Of a stretch of DNA of 64,000 bases, positions 27,457-42,235 are shown one piece after another (position 1 is the first letter of the stretch; every line of letters starts with the position of its first letter). The position numbers and the translations under genes were made by a program. The stretch covers positions 32,001 to 96,000 of the forward strand of contig CAXXVK010000024.1 in the NCBI GenBank assembly GCA_963676915.2. Direction: 5' to 3'. Under the pieces are notes generated by a model. That model searched no databases. It saw only the letters and a list, made by a program, of their open reading frames with translations, and was not told the origin of the DNA. The stretch is from Myxococcota bacterium (lineage in GTDB: Bacteria; Myxococcota_A; SURF-8; G963663525).

Positions 27457-28566
27457 TTAGTGATCCATACAACATCGAAACCCAATAAATTCCCATGATG
27501 TATAGGATTTTCTGTTTTGCGTCGGATCATCTGGATTACATTTTAAATGATCTGAGTAAGTACAAACCCAGTAACATCCAAGATAGTTATAATTAGAACT
27601 TCCCTGAATAAAGGTAGTAGCTGACCATTCAGCAAGATTCCCAATCTGGTCGTACACCCCATCTTGGCTAATACATTGATTGTATTGACCTGTTTCAATC
27701 GGATCATTCATGCCAGTATGGCATGCATCCTCAATAAAAACATTTCCGTAGGGAAACAGATAATGTTGCGAACCTTCACAGGCTCGAATCCACTCATCCA
27801 TGCTGCAAAGGCGCTTGTTGCTATTCAAGCAAGCCTTCCTGGCCTGAAGCCAGGTAATATACCTTGACGGTAGCACGTTTTCGAGACTACAGGCATAAAC
27901 GGGTGTTGTTTGATCTCCTAACTCGTCTTCCCTTGGGCAATTACCACCCTCGATGCACTCACCGTTTTCATCGCAATCCACACACTTTGGAAATCCATCG
28001 GGATAGTCGTCTTCATACTGCCCGTAAGCTGTGCCGCTGCAATCCTCGTATTCCATCGCTACGGCTTCCCAACGATCAACGCAATAGTCATCCACCAATA
28101 CCATTTCCGGGTGCCCCGGACACTCTACGATCGTGCTTCCTTCCTCTCGTTCTTCATCGGTGTCGTTTTCTATAGGATCGTTGTCCTGAATATCCGTATC
28201 CTCATCAGGTTCGATTTCTTCTTCGTCAATATCCCCCGGAGTGGCGCAATCGCCATCCAGACAAATTCTACCGAGATCCGCGCAATCCCGATAGAACCGC
28301 CACTCATTTTCAGTGCATCTGTTAACAATGCTATTGCTTCCCGGTTGGCAACGGAAGGCGTCCGGTTCGCAGAGAAGGGAAGGTTCTTCCTCGTCTAAAG
28401 GGTCTGAATCGGTTGAGGCGTCGTTTTCCACCTCGGTAATGTCCGAATCGCTTTCGAGGGGAGGTTGTGACGAATCACTGCAACTTGCCAAAACAAACAC
28501 CAAAAGGAGAAAAATCCCCAACAGACCAAACGAAGAATCAGATTTCAATCGGAAAAACAACACCAT
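27457..28566 (-). CDS. Lipoprotein with acidic/Cys tether and C-terminal FGE-sulfatase (SUMF1, C-type lectin fold) domain
   Basis: Lipobox LASC; YCVDRWE, KRLCSMDEWIRAC, FPYG, GVYDQIGNLAEW, IGFRCC. Confidence 0.88.
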   Translation of the reverse strand: MVLFFRLKSDSSFGLLGIFLLLVFVLASCSDSSQPPLESDSDITEVENDASTDSDPLDEEEPSLLCEPDAFRCQPGSNSIVNRCTENEWRFYRDCADLGRICLDGDCATPGDIDEEEIEPDEDTDIQDNDPIENDTDEEREEGSTIVECPGHPEMVLVDDYCVDRWEAVAMEYEDCSGTAYGQYEDDYPDGFPKCVDCDENGECIEGGNCPREDELGDQTTPVYACSLENVLPSRYITWLQARKACLNSNKRLCSMDEWIRACEGSQHYLFPYGNVFIEDACHTGMNDPIETGQYNQCISQDGVYDQIGNLAEWSATTFIQGSSNYNYLGCYWVCTYSDHLKCNPDDPTQNRKSYTSWEFIGFRCCMDH

Positions 28567-29213
28567 GGAATGCTCCGAAATTCGAAAAACGGTAAAACAG
28601 TTCGGAATTATATCGTGGGGAACAAGCAAAGATGTGAATAGATTCGAAACTACTCTGAAATTCCGAATCGTGCAACTTCATCGGAAATTCGGGACTTCTC
28701 CCATTTTTCCCATGTATGAATGGGAATACCTTAATTTGGAAGGACGAACGACGTCGGGAAATTCCTCGAACTGTGTCGATGGACATTTTCGAAAATTGTC
28801 GGGTGAAAATCCGTCAAACCTGATGGATTTTTCCAAAACTCCCTTTCAAGGGAACAATACCCCGAACGACATTGAAAAAGAGGTCGAAATCAAAGCGGTC
28901 CGTGCCACCTCTCGGCGCTTGAATTTCTCTTAAAAAAGCTCTAACTCCATGGTATCAGTGGAGTTACTCAAGCCTTTGGAAAAAGGGTGGACATTTTCCT
29001 ACGATGCGTTTAAATAAGCGCTGAATTCATTGACTGTTTTTCCAAGGATGGACTTCACTTCATGCTTTGGAACGGGAAGCCCATTCCAAGTGACTGGTGC
29101 ATCCGGCAGATATCTTTCGAAGGCTGCATTCGTTAGAAAAATCACCGGATCTTGCCGTAACCCGTCGGTTCGCCGACCCTCCAGAAGCGAAAAAAAATCG
29201 CGGGGAGAAAATC

Positions 29214-30214
29214 ATGGATCGAGACAGCTGCTTCGCCGCCGAAATCAGTGCCCCAGATATCAACAAAATGGTTCTGATGACGGGACGTTCCTACCCGGAA
29301 TATGCGGAAAAAGTGGCCAGGCATCTTGGTGTAAAACTTCAGATCGCCAAAACCAAGGAATTCAGCAACGACAACACCTTCGTCAAGCTCCCTTGCAACG
29401 TCCGAGGGCGGGATGTCTACATTATTCAGACCTCTTCCGCACCCGTGAACACCCATTTCATGGAACTCTGCATGATGGTCCGGGCCTGTGTCACTTCGTC
29501 GGCCAAGTCCGTGAACGTCATCACGCCGTATGCGTTTTACCTCCCGTAGCGAGAAAAAAGACCAGCCCCGCATCTGCATCACGGGCCGTCTTTGCGCGGA
29601 TTTCCTCGAATCCGCCGGAGTTACCCGCGTGATTACGCTCAACCTCCATGCGCAAGCCTTCGGAGCGTTTTTCAGCGTGCCGTTCGATCAGCTCTTCGCC
29701 GATGACGTGCTGTGCGACGCCCTGCACGAACACATGCCGATCGACAACTCGGTTATCGTCACACCCGATGTGGGTGGCGCGAAACTGGCGGAACGCTTTT
29801 CGAAATTCCTCGACCTTCCGCTGGCCTTTCTTTACAAAAAACGCACCGACAACAAGGAAAATCCGGTCATCACCGCCTGTGCGGGCGATGTCGCCGGGAA
29901 AAAACGCCATTATCGTGGACGACGAAATCAACACGGGCGGCAGCTTCATTTCCGCCATCGAATACCTGAACAACCTGGGGGCCAAGAGCATTTACGGCTG
30001 TGTCATCCATCCGGCCTTCGCACCGGGCGCCCTCAAGCGCATCTGTGATACGGATATCGCCAAATTGCTGGTGGCGGACTCTTTCCCGATCACCGAACAA
30101 TGCCCGGAGAAACTCGTGGTCGTCAGCACGAGCGAACTGGTAGCCAAAGCCATCAAGCAGATTTTCAACAAAAAATCGATCACCGGACTGTTCCCCCACC
30201 ACGACCGCTTCTGA
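29214..30214 (+). CDS. prs: Ribose-phosphate pyrophosphokinase, two apparent frameshifts (~29540, ~29900)
   Basis: FSNDNTFVKL..NVRGRDVYIIQ, LHAQA.GAFF, VTPDVGG, IIVDDEINTGGS spread over three frames. Confidence 0.92.
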
Positions 30215-30236
30215 TCCAAGCGCATTTAAAATCTAC

Positions 30237-30270
30237 ACGTCCCGAATCGTCAACGATTTCGGGACGTTTT
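30237..30270 (+). terminator. Intrinsic terminator
   Basis: acgtcccgaa...ttcgggacgt followed by T-tract after prs. Confidence 0.65.
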
Positions 30271-30568
30271 CATTTGAAGAGATATTGAGTTTTTTCCAGG
30301 CTCTTTCCCTTTTCCTATGCCCCTATGTCATCGTGTCGAAAACTATTTTTCCTGAGCTTTCAGGTTTGAACTCATCCGTTTTCGTAGTACACTGGGCTTG
30401 CATTTTCGGCACCCATTTCTTTGCAACAGGAACCGCTTATTGAAAATCGTTTTTCTTCAAAACGTTCCATTCGCCGAAACTGCAAACCTTTATTCGTGTT
30501 CGTCTTTTTTTTAATTGTGACCTTGTGGGAAGTCTTGCACGAAGACCACCCGCAAGCAGGAGGGAAAA

Positions 30569-32201
30569 ATGAGTAACGCTTTGTTTCACGTCCCTGTCCC
30601 GACCAATGAGCCGATTCTGAACTACGCTCCGAACAGCCCCGAAAAACTGGAACTCAAACGCAAACTGGAGGAATTGTCCGGTAAAACGGTGGACATTCCC
30701 CTGATCATCGGGGGCGAGGAAATCCGTACAGGAAACACCGACACCTGCATTATGCCTCATAAGCACGGTCATGTGCTGGCTACATATCACCAGGCAGGCG
30801 AAAAAGAAATCGATCTGGCCGTAGAAGCCTCACGAGAAGCCTGGAAACAATGGTCGAAACTGGACTACGCCGAGCGGCTGTCCATTTTCCTTAAAATGGC
30901 CGAATTACTGCAAGGACCGTGGCGGGCGACCCTTAACGCCGCCACCATGCTGGCTCAGTCCAAAACAGCGTTTCAGGCGGAAATCGATTCGGCCTGCGAA
31001 TTGATCGACTTCTGGCGTTTCAACGCCCACTACGCCCAACAGATTTTCTCGGATCAACCCGGCAACGCACCCGGAATCTGGGACCGCAGCGAGTGGCGAC
31101 CGTTGGAAGGCTTCGTACTGGCCGTCACGCCGTTCAACTTTACCTCCATCGCCGGAAACCTGCCGACCGCCCCAGCCATGCTGGGCAACGTAGCGATATG
31201 GAAACCGGCTTCCACTGCCGTGTATTCGGGCTATTACCTGATGAAGCTGTTCGAAGCCGCCGGATTGCCCAAGGGCGTCATCAACTTCCTACCGGGACCG
31301 GGCAAGCTGATCGGACCGAAACTTCTGAAACATCCGGAACTTGCAGGCGTCCATTTCACCGGCTCGACCGCCACGTTCCAGTCCATGTGGAAAACCGTGG
31401 GAGAGAACATCACCGGCTATCGCTCCTATCCTCGCATCGTCGGTGAAACCGGCGGCAAGGATTTCATCATCGCCCATCCATCGGCAGATATCGACGAATT
31501 GGCCATCGCCATCGTGCGGGGCGCTTTCGAATTCCAGGGGCAGAAATGCTCCGCAGCCAGTCGCGCTTACATCCCCGAATCCTTGTGGGGAGAACTAAAA
31601 ACCAAGCTCGTCGCCCACTGCGCGGAAATCAAGATGGGAAATCCCAGCGATTTCCGCAACTTCATGGCGGCAGTCATCGACCGGGCCAGCTTCGACAAAA
31701 TCAAGGGCTACATCGATTTCGCCAACGAATCCCCGGACTACGAACGCCTCCTTGGTGGAACCTGCGACGATTCCGAGGGATATTTCATCGAGCCGACGAT
31801 CTTCGTTACCACCGATCCCAAAGCCCGACTGATGGAAGAAGAGATTTTCGGCCCGGTAATGACGCTGTACGTCTACCCCGACGAACAATACGAAGAGACG
31901 CTTGTGTTGCTTGACGGCACCTCTCCCTATGCTCTGACCGGCGCGGTGTTCTCGAAAGATCGCTATGCCGTGCAAAAAGCCCATGAAATCCTTCGCTATT
32001 CGGCAGGGAATTTCTACGTGAACGACAAACCTACCGGTGCGGTGGTAGGCCAACAACCATTCGGCGGCAGTCGCGCCAGCGGAACCAACGACAAAGCCGG
32101 TTCCATGATCAACCTGCTGCGTTGGCTCAGTCCGCGAACCATCAAGGAAACCTTCGTTCCTCCGAAAGATTTCCGTTATCCCCCATATGGACGAAGAATG
32201 A
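30569..32201 (+). CDS. pruA: L-glutamate gamma-semialdehyde (P5C) dehydrogenase; extra C near 32180 hides true end RYPHMDEE*
   Basis: TPFNFTSIAGNL, HFTGST, VGETGGKDF, FEFQGQKCSAASR, EEIFGP, QQPFGGSRASGTNDKAGS. Confidence 0.95.
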
Positions 32202-32255
32202 TCACCTTTTCGACTTCCAAAACGATCTCTCTCCTGCACAAATCTGTGGGAGGGA

Positions 32256-33181
32256 GTGCGTTTTTTGATCTTTCTGTGCCTGTTTTTTGCGATTTGTTTC
32301 GCCCCTGCCGACTCTTTTGCGGCATCGAAAGACAAAGCGCAGGAATCTTCGACAACGTTTTCGCTTCCTTCTTTGGAACGAAGCGAACGTTCCGCGTCAC
32401 CGTGGATTCGCACCCCTCACGGCAAAGGGGCTGGTAGTATCAGCTACCATCCGGGCCGCTTGAAAGATCCGGGCGGAGGGCCGAAATCTTTCGATGTGGA
32501 TGACAAAGGACGACTCTACATTCTGGATTCCTCTCAGAATCGTCTGGTTATCGTAGAGAAAAACGGTTCGATCCGACCTTTGGTTTCCATGCCGAAGGAT
32601 GGAATCGATACCGTTTCCACTCCCAACGGGTTGTACGTCCTGCACGCCCAGCCTTCCATCGTGACATGTTTGAAAGAAAAGGGACAACCGGTCGTCTACA
32701 AACTTTCCAAAAGCTGTACGGGACTAAAACGAACGAACCAAGGAATAGTGGCCACGCACCGACGCGGCGGTTTTCTATTGAACGACGACGGCACCGTAAC
32801 CGAGACACAACAACCCGCTTTTTCCGTACGAATGGCCAAAGATCGAATTCTTCTACAACCGTCAGACACGCCCGGCAAACCGGTATTCGTCCTCGATTTT
32901 CCCAAGGATGAAATTCCAGGCTCCGTCCGTCTGTTACATGCGGATAAAGAGAAAAAACGTATTTTGGTTGAAACTGGCGACCACGCCCGAGCGCGGTTCG
33001 GTGCTTCCCATCTCCAGTTTGATCAGAATCGATGCAAAAACGGTCCGAAATCCGCCGTTTCCTTCTTCCTCCCTCCGGGGAGGGAAGCCCGTCGTACAAG
33101 ATCAAAGTTGCGCCAAACGATGCATTGTACGTCATGAACGTCAACGATTCGGCCACATCGGTCTACCGGTTTCCGCTGTAA
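32256..33181 (+). CDS. Secreted hypothetical protein (NHL/beta-propeller-like), frameshifted near C-terminus
   Basis: Signal peptide; GPKSFDVDDKGRLYILDSSQNRL; continuation in another frame ending ...ALYVMNVNDSATSVYRFPL*. Confidence 0.6.
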
Positions 33182-33226
33182 ACAAAAAAAAACGTTTTCC
33201 ACACTGCCGGAAGCGCTTAAGCTTCC

Positions 33227-33255
33227 TTGACTCCCCTCTTATAGTTGGCTAGGCT
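33227..33255 (+). promoter_or_regulatory. Sigma70-like promoter
   Basis: TTGACT-17 nt-TAGGCT upstream of the GH4 gene RBS GGAGGAG. Confidence 0.55.
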
Positions 33256-33289
33256 GTGCGCGTTTGTTGCTAGTCTTTATGGAGGAGTC

Positions 33290-34558
33290 ATGAAAGTAAC
33301 GGTAATCGGCGGAGGCTCGACCTATACTCCGGAACTGATCGATGGTTTTATTCGTAGTGCGCAGAAGCTGGACCTGACCGAAGTCGTCTTGTTGGACAAT
33401 GACCCCGAACGGTTGAAAGTCGTTGGAGAATTTTCTCAACGCATGGTGGGACACGCCAAAGCTCCTTTCACCGTTGCGCTGACCGACGATCGTGCTTCGG
33501 CCCTCAAAGGTGCGGATTTCGTGCTGACCCAGATCCGCGTCGGTGGACAAAAAAGGCCGCCACAAGGATATCAAAACTCGGTCACGCTCACGGCCTGATC
33601 GGCCAGGAAACCACCGGTGTCGGCGGGTTCGCCAAAGCCTTGCGCACCATTCCGGTGATGCAGGAAATCGCAAGAGATATCAAGGACTACTGCCCCGATG
33701 CCTGGGTTGTAAACTTCACCAATCCTTCCGGACTGATTACGGAATCCCTGCATTGGATGGGTCTGTCGCGTGTCGTCGGACTGTGCAACATTCCGATCGG
33801 TGCGGTGATGGATCTCGCACTGTACCTCCAATGCGACCCGGACCGGATCACCATCGATTACGTCGGTCTCAACCACCTGTCCCTGGATTCGAAAAAGTCT
33901 TCCTGGACGGCGAAGACGTCACCGAGCGCATCGTCAACGATCTGGCCGAGCAAAAAGGTCCGGCGAACATTCCCGAGTTGGAATACGATCCCGCTTTCGT
34001 ACGAGCGCTGGGCTTCATTCCCTCACCCTACCTGCGCTATTTCTACGCCACGAGCGATATGCTCGGAAAACAGTGGGCCAAGCCGAAATCTCGCGCTCAG
34101 GAAGTGATGGAGATCGAAGATGAACTGCTGAAAAATGTACAAGGACGAATCGGTCGTCACGAAACCGGAAGCGCTTTCCAAGCGCGGCGGAGCGTTTTAT
34201 TCGAAAATCGCCATCGATCTGGTAACGTCGCTGATGGGTCTCAACGATCAGACCCACATCGTCAACGTGTTGGCAGGCGATTGTGTCGATGGTATCGGTG
34301 CGGGGCAAGTCGTTGAAATCTCCGCTCAAATCACGAAAGATAAAATCGTACCATTGAAAGTGGACCCGCCCGAGCCGAAAATCCTCGGACTGATGCAATC
34401 CGTCAAAGCCTACGAAAACACTAGCAGTCGAAGCGGGTATTTTACGCAGCTACGATGCCGCCCTGATGGCGCTGGCGACACATCCGTTGTGCGGTCCCGA
34501 AAAGGCCAAACTCGTCCTGGACGATCTTGTGAAAATCAACAAACTGGAACTTAGATAA
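33290..34558 (+). CDS. Glycoside hydrolase family 4 (6-phospho-beta-glucosidase-like), multiple frameshifts
   Basis: MKVTVIGGGSTYTPEL, QIRVGG, GQETTGVGGFAKALRTIP, NFTNPSG, GLCN, GLNH, PSPYLRY, KRGGAFYS. Confidence 0.92.
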
Positions 34559-34584
34559 CCAGAAGAATCTACAGGAGATTCTCC

Positions 34585-37312
<2,728 letters not shown>

Positions 37313-37335
37313 TAAGTCGCCGTAACCAGAGACCC

Positions 37336-37372
37336 AAACGTCCTAGAAGCCAATGCTTCTAGGACGTTTTTT
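37336..37372 (+). terminator. Intrinsic terminator
   Basis: aaacgtcctagaagc-caat-gcttctaggacgttt followed by T-tract. Confidence 0.85.
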
Positions 37373-37404
37373 ATGGAATAAGAAATTCTCTTTGGAAATT
37401 TTTT

Positions 37405-37432
37405 CGTAGGTCGGACAAATTTCTTGCCCAAC
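37405..37432. repeat. REP-like palindrome, family A copy 2 (degenerate)
   Basis: cgtaggtcggacaaatttcttgcccaac, versus reverse complement of 17675-17702 cgtggtcggacaaatttcttgtccgac. Confidence 0.65.
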
Positions 37433-37499
37433 ACAGCTTGCTGACAACGTGGTTTGTTTTTGAGCTTCAATAATTTCAAGAAGTTACAGACCTGTACGA

Positions 37500-37524
37500 T
37501 GGACGGGGATTGCATCCCCGTCCA
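37500..37524. repeat. REP-like palindrome, family B copy 2
   Basis: tggacggggat-tgc-atccccgtcca. Confidence 0.7.
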
Positions 37525-37640
37525 CATAGTTTTCCTCAAAACCTCAAAACAAAACGTGAAGAGCAGGATACAATCCTGCTCCATCTGTGAGTCGAGCAAA
37601 AAAAAAGCCCTATTTACGAAAGCTTATAGGATAAAAGTTT

Positions 37641-39165
37641 TCAGTCCGCCACCAGCAACAAGTTCTTGAAAAGCGAGATGAGAAACGGGCTTCCCGCTAT
37701 CGAGCCTAGCGTAGCCACACCAACGCCAAGCACCAATGCGACAAGCGCCGCCGCCTTGCCTACATCCTGCCCTTTAAGCGATCCCAGCAATTTCGGCTCT
37801 TTCGAAAGATAGGCCGAGGCCGCATAAAGTTCCTCACCGATGAGGGTGTAATCGCAGGCGGTGATGAAAAACGGAAGCTGCGTGACCTGTGCAGTTCCGG
37901 CGATCTGCACCGCTCCGACCGAATGCCCGGTTTCGGCAAGAATCAACGATTCGGCGAAAAACGAGCCTTGGAAAAAAATCGTCGCCGGGCGTTCCCGCAT
38001 GATGATGCCGTCCACACCCGCCGCAAAGCCAAACTGGTCGTCCGTCAGGTAATGGATGTCATCCTCGCGAAATTCTTCGGGACTTCCCGCCTTGAGATAG
38101 GCTTCTTTGACCACTTCCCGCCCGGTGACCATCACCATCGAACGCGACACCGGCACCTCAAGCTCGGTATGGTAATCCGCCGAGTAGCGGGCAACGTGAC
38201 CCAAGATCGTCAGTCCCGCGATAGTCTGCGGGTCATCTACATCCATGATGCCGGGAACGAAAAGAATTTTGCGGCCCATTTCCGTCGCCCGACCGATGGC
38301 ATCGTCAATCGCCTCCAGTCCGTTGATCCGACGAATGGCGATGTCCCCTCCCATACGCGCTTTGCGAATGTAATATAAAATGGCCAACGTGATGAAAAGT
38401 CCCGCAAAAAAGAGATTGATCCGACCGAAATGGAACCAGTTCGCTTGAGCTTGAACGGGACCGATGACCTCGCCGCTGTGATAAAAGCGTCCTTTGACGC
38501 TCATCGCCCGATAATAATATTTGTGCTTGTACGAGGCATCCACCAGCCGATCCGCTCCGTAACGGGACAATTCCGCCACTTTCGTCCATGGCCCTTCGGG
38601 ATCGGACGCCCGAAGCAGTTCGACAACCTCGACCTTCTGCCGCATGGTGACGTAATCGTCTCTGGTAAATGCACTGCCGTCGGACATGAACCAGTCGGCC
38701 AGGATTTCCACGTAATCTCCCGAATCGTCGGGACGATCCAGCACGTCGATTTTTGGAACGGGCATGGTGGCGTCCACTCTCGTTCGCCAGGGAGGAATCT
38801 CGTTTTTTTTCTTCCGGCCATTGGCCACCGTAGGCGCTATCGAACAGCTTGGCCCACAACTCCGGCGGAGTACCTTCGGGGGCGTCTTCGTAAAAACCGT
38901 AAGGAATATTGCGGATTTCCAACAGAAGCTTCGGTTTTTCCACGGGAGGATTAAGTCGTTGCCGTTCCTTTTCGTAATCGGAGGGCAGAATCACCGCCGC
39001 AGGGTCGGCATGGCGGAAATCGTAAAATTCTTCCGCCCGGAGGGTGCCCGTACAAAGCCCCACGATCAGTACGATAAATCCGACTTGAACGCCTCGCCGT
39101 TTCACCCTTTGCCGCCTCACTTTCCTATGTATCGGTAGCCAATAGTTTACGATAGCGTCACTCAT
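37641..39165 (-). CDS. Membrane protein with FN3-like extracytoplasmic part and DUF6754-like C-terminal domain; one frameshift at T8 run 38803-38810
   Basis: IRRINGLEAIDDAIGRATEMGR, AESLILAETG, TQLPFFITACDYTLIGEELYAASAYLS; removing one A joins ORFs 38305..39165 and 37641..38828. Confidence 0.7.
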
Positions 39166-39184
39166 GCCTTTTCGTCAAGCCATG

Positions 39185-39982
39185 TCAGGGAGTTACCCAC
39201 GGTTCGGGGGAAAACGAGATCATCACGTTCTTGGTCCGAGGCTTGAAAACACCTTCGTCCCGACCGTCGAAGCGTAGAAAAACGTGCGGAGCCTTGCGGC
39301 TGTACCACAGGTTCATCGTAGGAGCGAATACACCTGTAAGTCCGGAAGGTTTGAGTTCCAGTTTGTAGGCATCCAGCACACCGAACGCCGTTTTCAGCTT
39401 TTCTTCGCCTCGGTGAATAATCGCCCCGGAAATCGTCGAACCGTCCGTCAACAAAAACTCGCCTTCGATTTTGTATCCTTCCCCTTGATCGAAAGGAAAA
39501 CCGCGAAGCAGCACGAACATGGAGTCACTGGGGAAGGTATTGGCAGAAAATTCCAGGCTTTTGCTCTCTTTTTTGCCATTCAGGTGGTTTTGGTAGCTGT
39601 ATTCCGCTTTATGCGTTTTCCAATCGTAGGTAATTTTCCAGCTTTCTTTTTCGGCTCCCGAACTGTCTTTTTTCCAATACAGCGTTCGGAGTCCTTTGGG
39701 GGTCAGTTCCGCCAACGATTCCTCGGTCCACTCCACACGCTCTTTTCCGCTGAGCATGTTGTTGCCGCGACTGTTGTACTTGACGAGCGTTCGGTTATTC
39801 TCGATGGTTTTGGTCTGGGTCCAGCGCAGGTCGTACAAATGCTTGCCGGATTCCGAGTACATCACCTTCTGATGCCCCTTCTCGACATCGGCGACGATCG
39901 GTGGTTTCAACTGCGCCCAGGTGACGCCTCCGGCCACGAAAAGCAAAAGGAAAATGGTAAAAACGAGCACTCTTCGCTTCAT
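39185..39982 (-). CDS. Secreted hypothetical protein (DUF3108-like)
   Basis: Signal peptide; GEEKLKTAFGVLDAYKLEL...NLWYS pattern. Confidence 0.6.
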   Translation of the reverse strand: MKRRVLVFTIFLLLFVAGGVTWAQLKPPIVADVEKGHQKVMYSESGKHLYDLRWTQTKTIENNRTLVKYNSRGNNMLSGKERVEWTEESLAELTPKGLRTLYWKKDSSGAEKESWKITYDWKTHKAEYSYQNHLNGKKESKSLEFSANTFPSDSMFVLLRGFPFDQGEGYKIEGEFLLTDGSTISGAIIHRGEEKLKTAFGVLDAYKLELKPSGLTGVFAPTMNLWYSRKAPHVFLRFDGRDEGVFKPRTKNVMISFSPEPWVTP

Positions 39983-40272
39983 GCGTTCCACTCCACAAAA
40001 AAATGGGCGCAAAATGCGCCCATTCTGAAGAAAGATGGGAAAGGCAAAGAAAAGGCACCCAAATTTCAGCGCTCACTCGGACACCAGTTCAACCCATCAA
40101 TTTCGGCGTATTTTACAATTTTATCGGTCCTATGTCAAATTGCACGAGAGGCCCGAAGCGTCAAGGCGCGAGACAATCATACAACATAACCTACTGTTAT
40201 CACTCAACTATTTTTTAGCTACAAAAAGTCCCTTCCAGACATGGAATCCCATCCGAAGCCCGAAAACAGCTG

Positions 40273-42126
40273 CTATTTGCGCCGCCCTTTTCTACGAGTA
40301 TTTCGCGGCTTTCGAACCACTTTTCGTGTGCGTTGATAGTTCGGTTTCGAGCGCTTCACCTGCCGATGCTCCGGCGACTTTTCGTCACGAGCCAAGCCGA
40401 ATTCCAGCTTGCCGTCCTCCACTTCGGAACGCACCAGTTGCACCCGAAGTTTCTGCCCCAGACGAAAGCGCCAACCCGTGCGGCGACCGATCAGCATATG
40501 GCGCGGCTCGTCGAAATCGAAATAATCCATCGACATCGTACGTACGGGAACCAGCCCCTCGCACATCGGCTCGTCCACAGTGACGAACAGTCCGAAAGCC
40601 TGAACGCCGCTCACGCGCCCTTCGAACTCTTCCCCGATGAAAACGGCTCATGTATTCGGCCTGGAAAACATCCACGATCGAACGCTCGGCCTGAAGAGCA
40701 CGCCCGCTCTGTCATGCTGGTCAGCGTCGCAAGATCCGGCAGATGTTCGGCACGAAGGGTCGCTTGTTTTTTTTCGAGCCGCCTTGCTGCGCATGCTCAG
40801 GCTTTCCTTGAGCAATCGATGCACGATCACGTCGGGATAACGCCGGATAGGGACTTGTGAAATGGGCATAATGATCCAAGCCAAGCCCGTAATGACCAAG
40901 ATTTTCCTCGCTGTACCGTGCCTGCGCCATGCAACGCAGCAACAAACCATGCAAGATTCTCGCATCTTCACGCGACTTGATGGTTTCGGCCACTTTGGGC
41001 AGCAGGGTTTCCGGGCTGCCTTTGCGTGGAACCGCTACGCCCAGCAACTTCATGGTTTCAAGAAAATTCGCCGATTTCTCGGGGTCGGGAGATTCGTGAA
41101 TGCGGTACAGGCAGGGAAAAATCCAAGTCGTCCAGTTGCTTTGCAGCAGCTTCGTTGGCCGCCAACATGCATTCTTCCACCAACCGGTGAGCATCGTTCC
41201 GCGCCGCAGGATGAATCCCCGTGACGTTGTCCTCCTCATCCAATTTGATCTTGGCTTCCGGCAAATCGAGATCGATTCCTCCGCGACTGAGCCGCCGCGC
41301 AAGACGAATTTTGAAAAACGAGTAACACGTTTGAAGGGATAGAAAAGTTTCCGGCGCGAAATCTTCCGGTTTTTCCTGAGTTTTAAGGATCTCGTAGGCT
41401 TGTTCGTAGGTCAATCGCTTGCGACTGCGAATGACGGCTGGCGCGAACCGATAGGCACGCATCACGCCGGAAGGTTCGAAATCCATCCGCGCCACCATGG
41501 CATAGCGATCCTGGTCAGGCTGCAACGAGCAGGCGTTTTCCGTCAAAATGCGCGGAAGCATCGGGACGGACGCGCCTGGATAATAGACACTCGTTCCTCG
41601 CAAGCGCGCTTCGCGGTCGCAAGGACCGTTTTCTTCGAGATACTGCGTAACATCGGCGATAGCCACGTACAACCGTATCCCACCGTCGTCGAGCATCTCC
41701 GCCGCAATGGCGTCGTCGAAATCCTTGGCAGTGTCGGGATCGATGGTCACGAAGGGAACCTCTCTCAAATCCGCACGATCCTGAGTCGGTTCCACGGGTT
41801 GATGCCCTACCCTTTCGGCCTCCTTTTCCGCTTTTGCGGGAAATTTTACGGGAATATCCAGCTCGCTGAAAATCTCCTGAATACGTGCCTTTCGCAAGCG
41901 CGACCATTCGCCTTGCTCCGTCACACCATCCGGTTTGCGTCCCACGAGCCTGAAACGACTTCCTTTTTTCTCGCTCCAACACTCCCTGGCGCACGAGGTC
42001 ATCCAGAATCGGCTTGAGCGACCGCTTCGCCGATGCGCTTCCCGCAACACGACGAGCCAGCTCTTTCAATGAATGTACGTCGTCTCCCGGAACGAACTGT
42101 TCCAGCAAACGTTCTTTTTTCGACAT
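40273..42126 (-). CDS. rnr: Ribonuclease R (RNB + S1 domains), multiple frameshifts
   Basis: [59 protein letters not shown], C-terminal S1 plus basic tail. Confidence 0.92.
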
Positions 42127-42235
42127 AAATTCTCCTAATCTTTGCCGAATCTCTCATCGGCAAGAAATACTATTCCCCCCCACAACGCCCGATACGTCAC
42201 CGGGCAAAGCTGTAAATACTGAAAACAGAAATAGG

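Noticed and set aside
28942-28966. 8-bp inverted repeat taactcca...tggagtta in the long intergenic region
   Set aside because: Single short occurrence with no associated regulator; could be chance
29085-29190. Possible ZTP or PRPP riboswitch upstream of prs (gtgactgg...gccgacc)
   Set aside because: Only fragments of the consensus are present, with no GGTGG/CCAC or GCCTGGGC elements; needs an Infernal search
27457-29200. Complete diversity-generating retroelement at the FGE gene
   Set aside because: No reverse transcriptase, Avd or template repeat visible in the window
32202-32437. C-terminal extension of PruA overlapping the next gene
   Set aside because: Artefact of one extra C at 32180-32184; the natural stop is at 32199-32201
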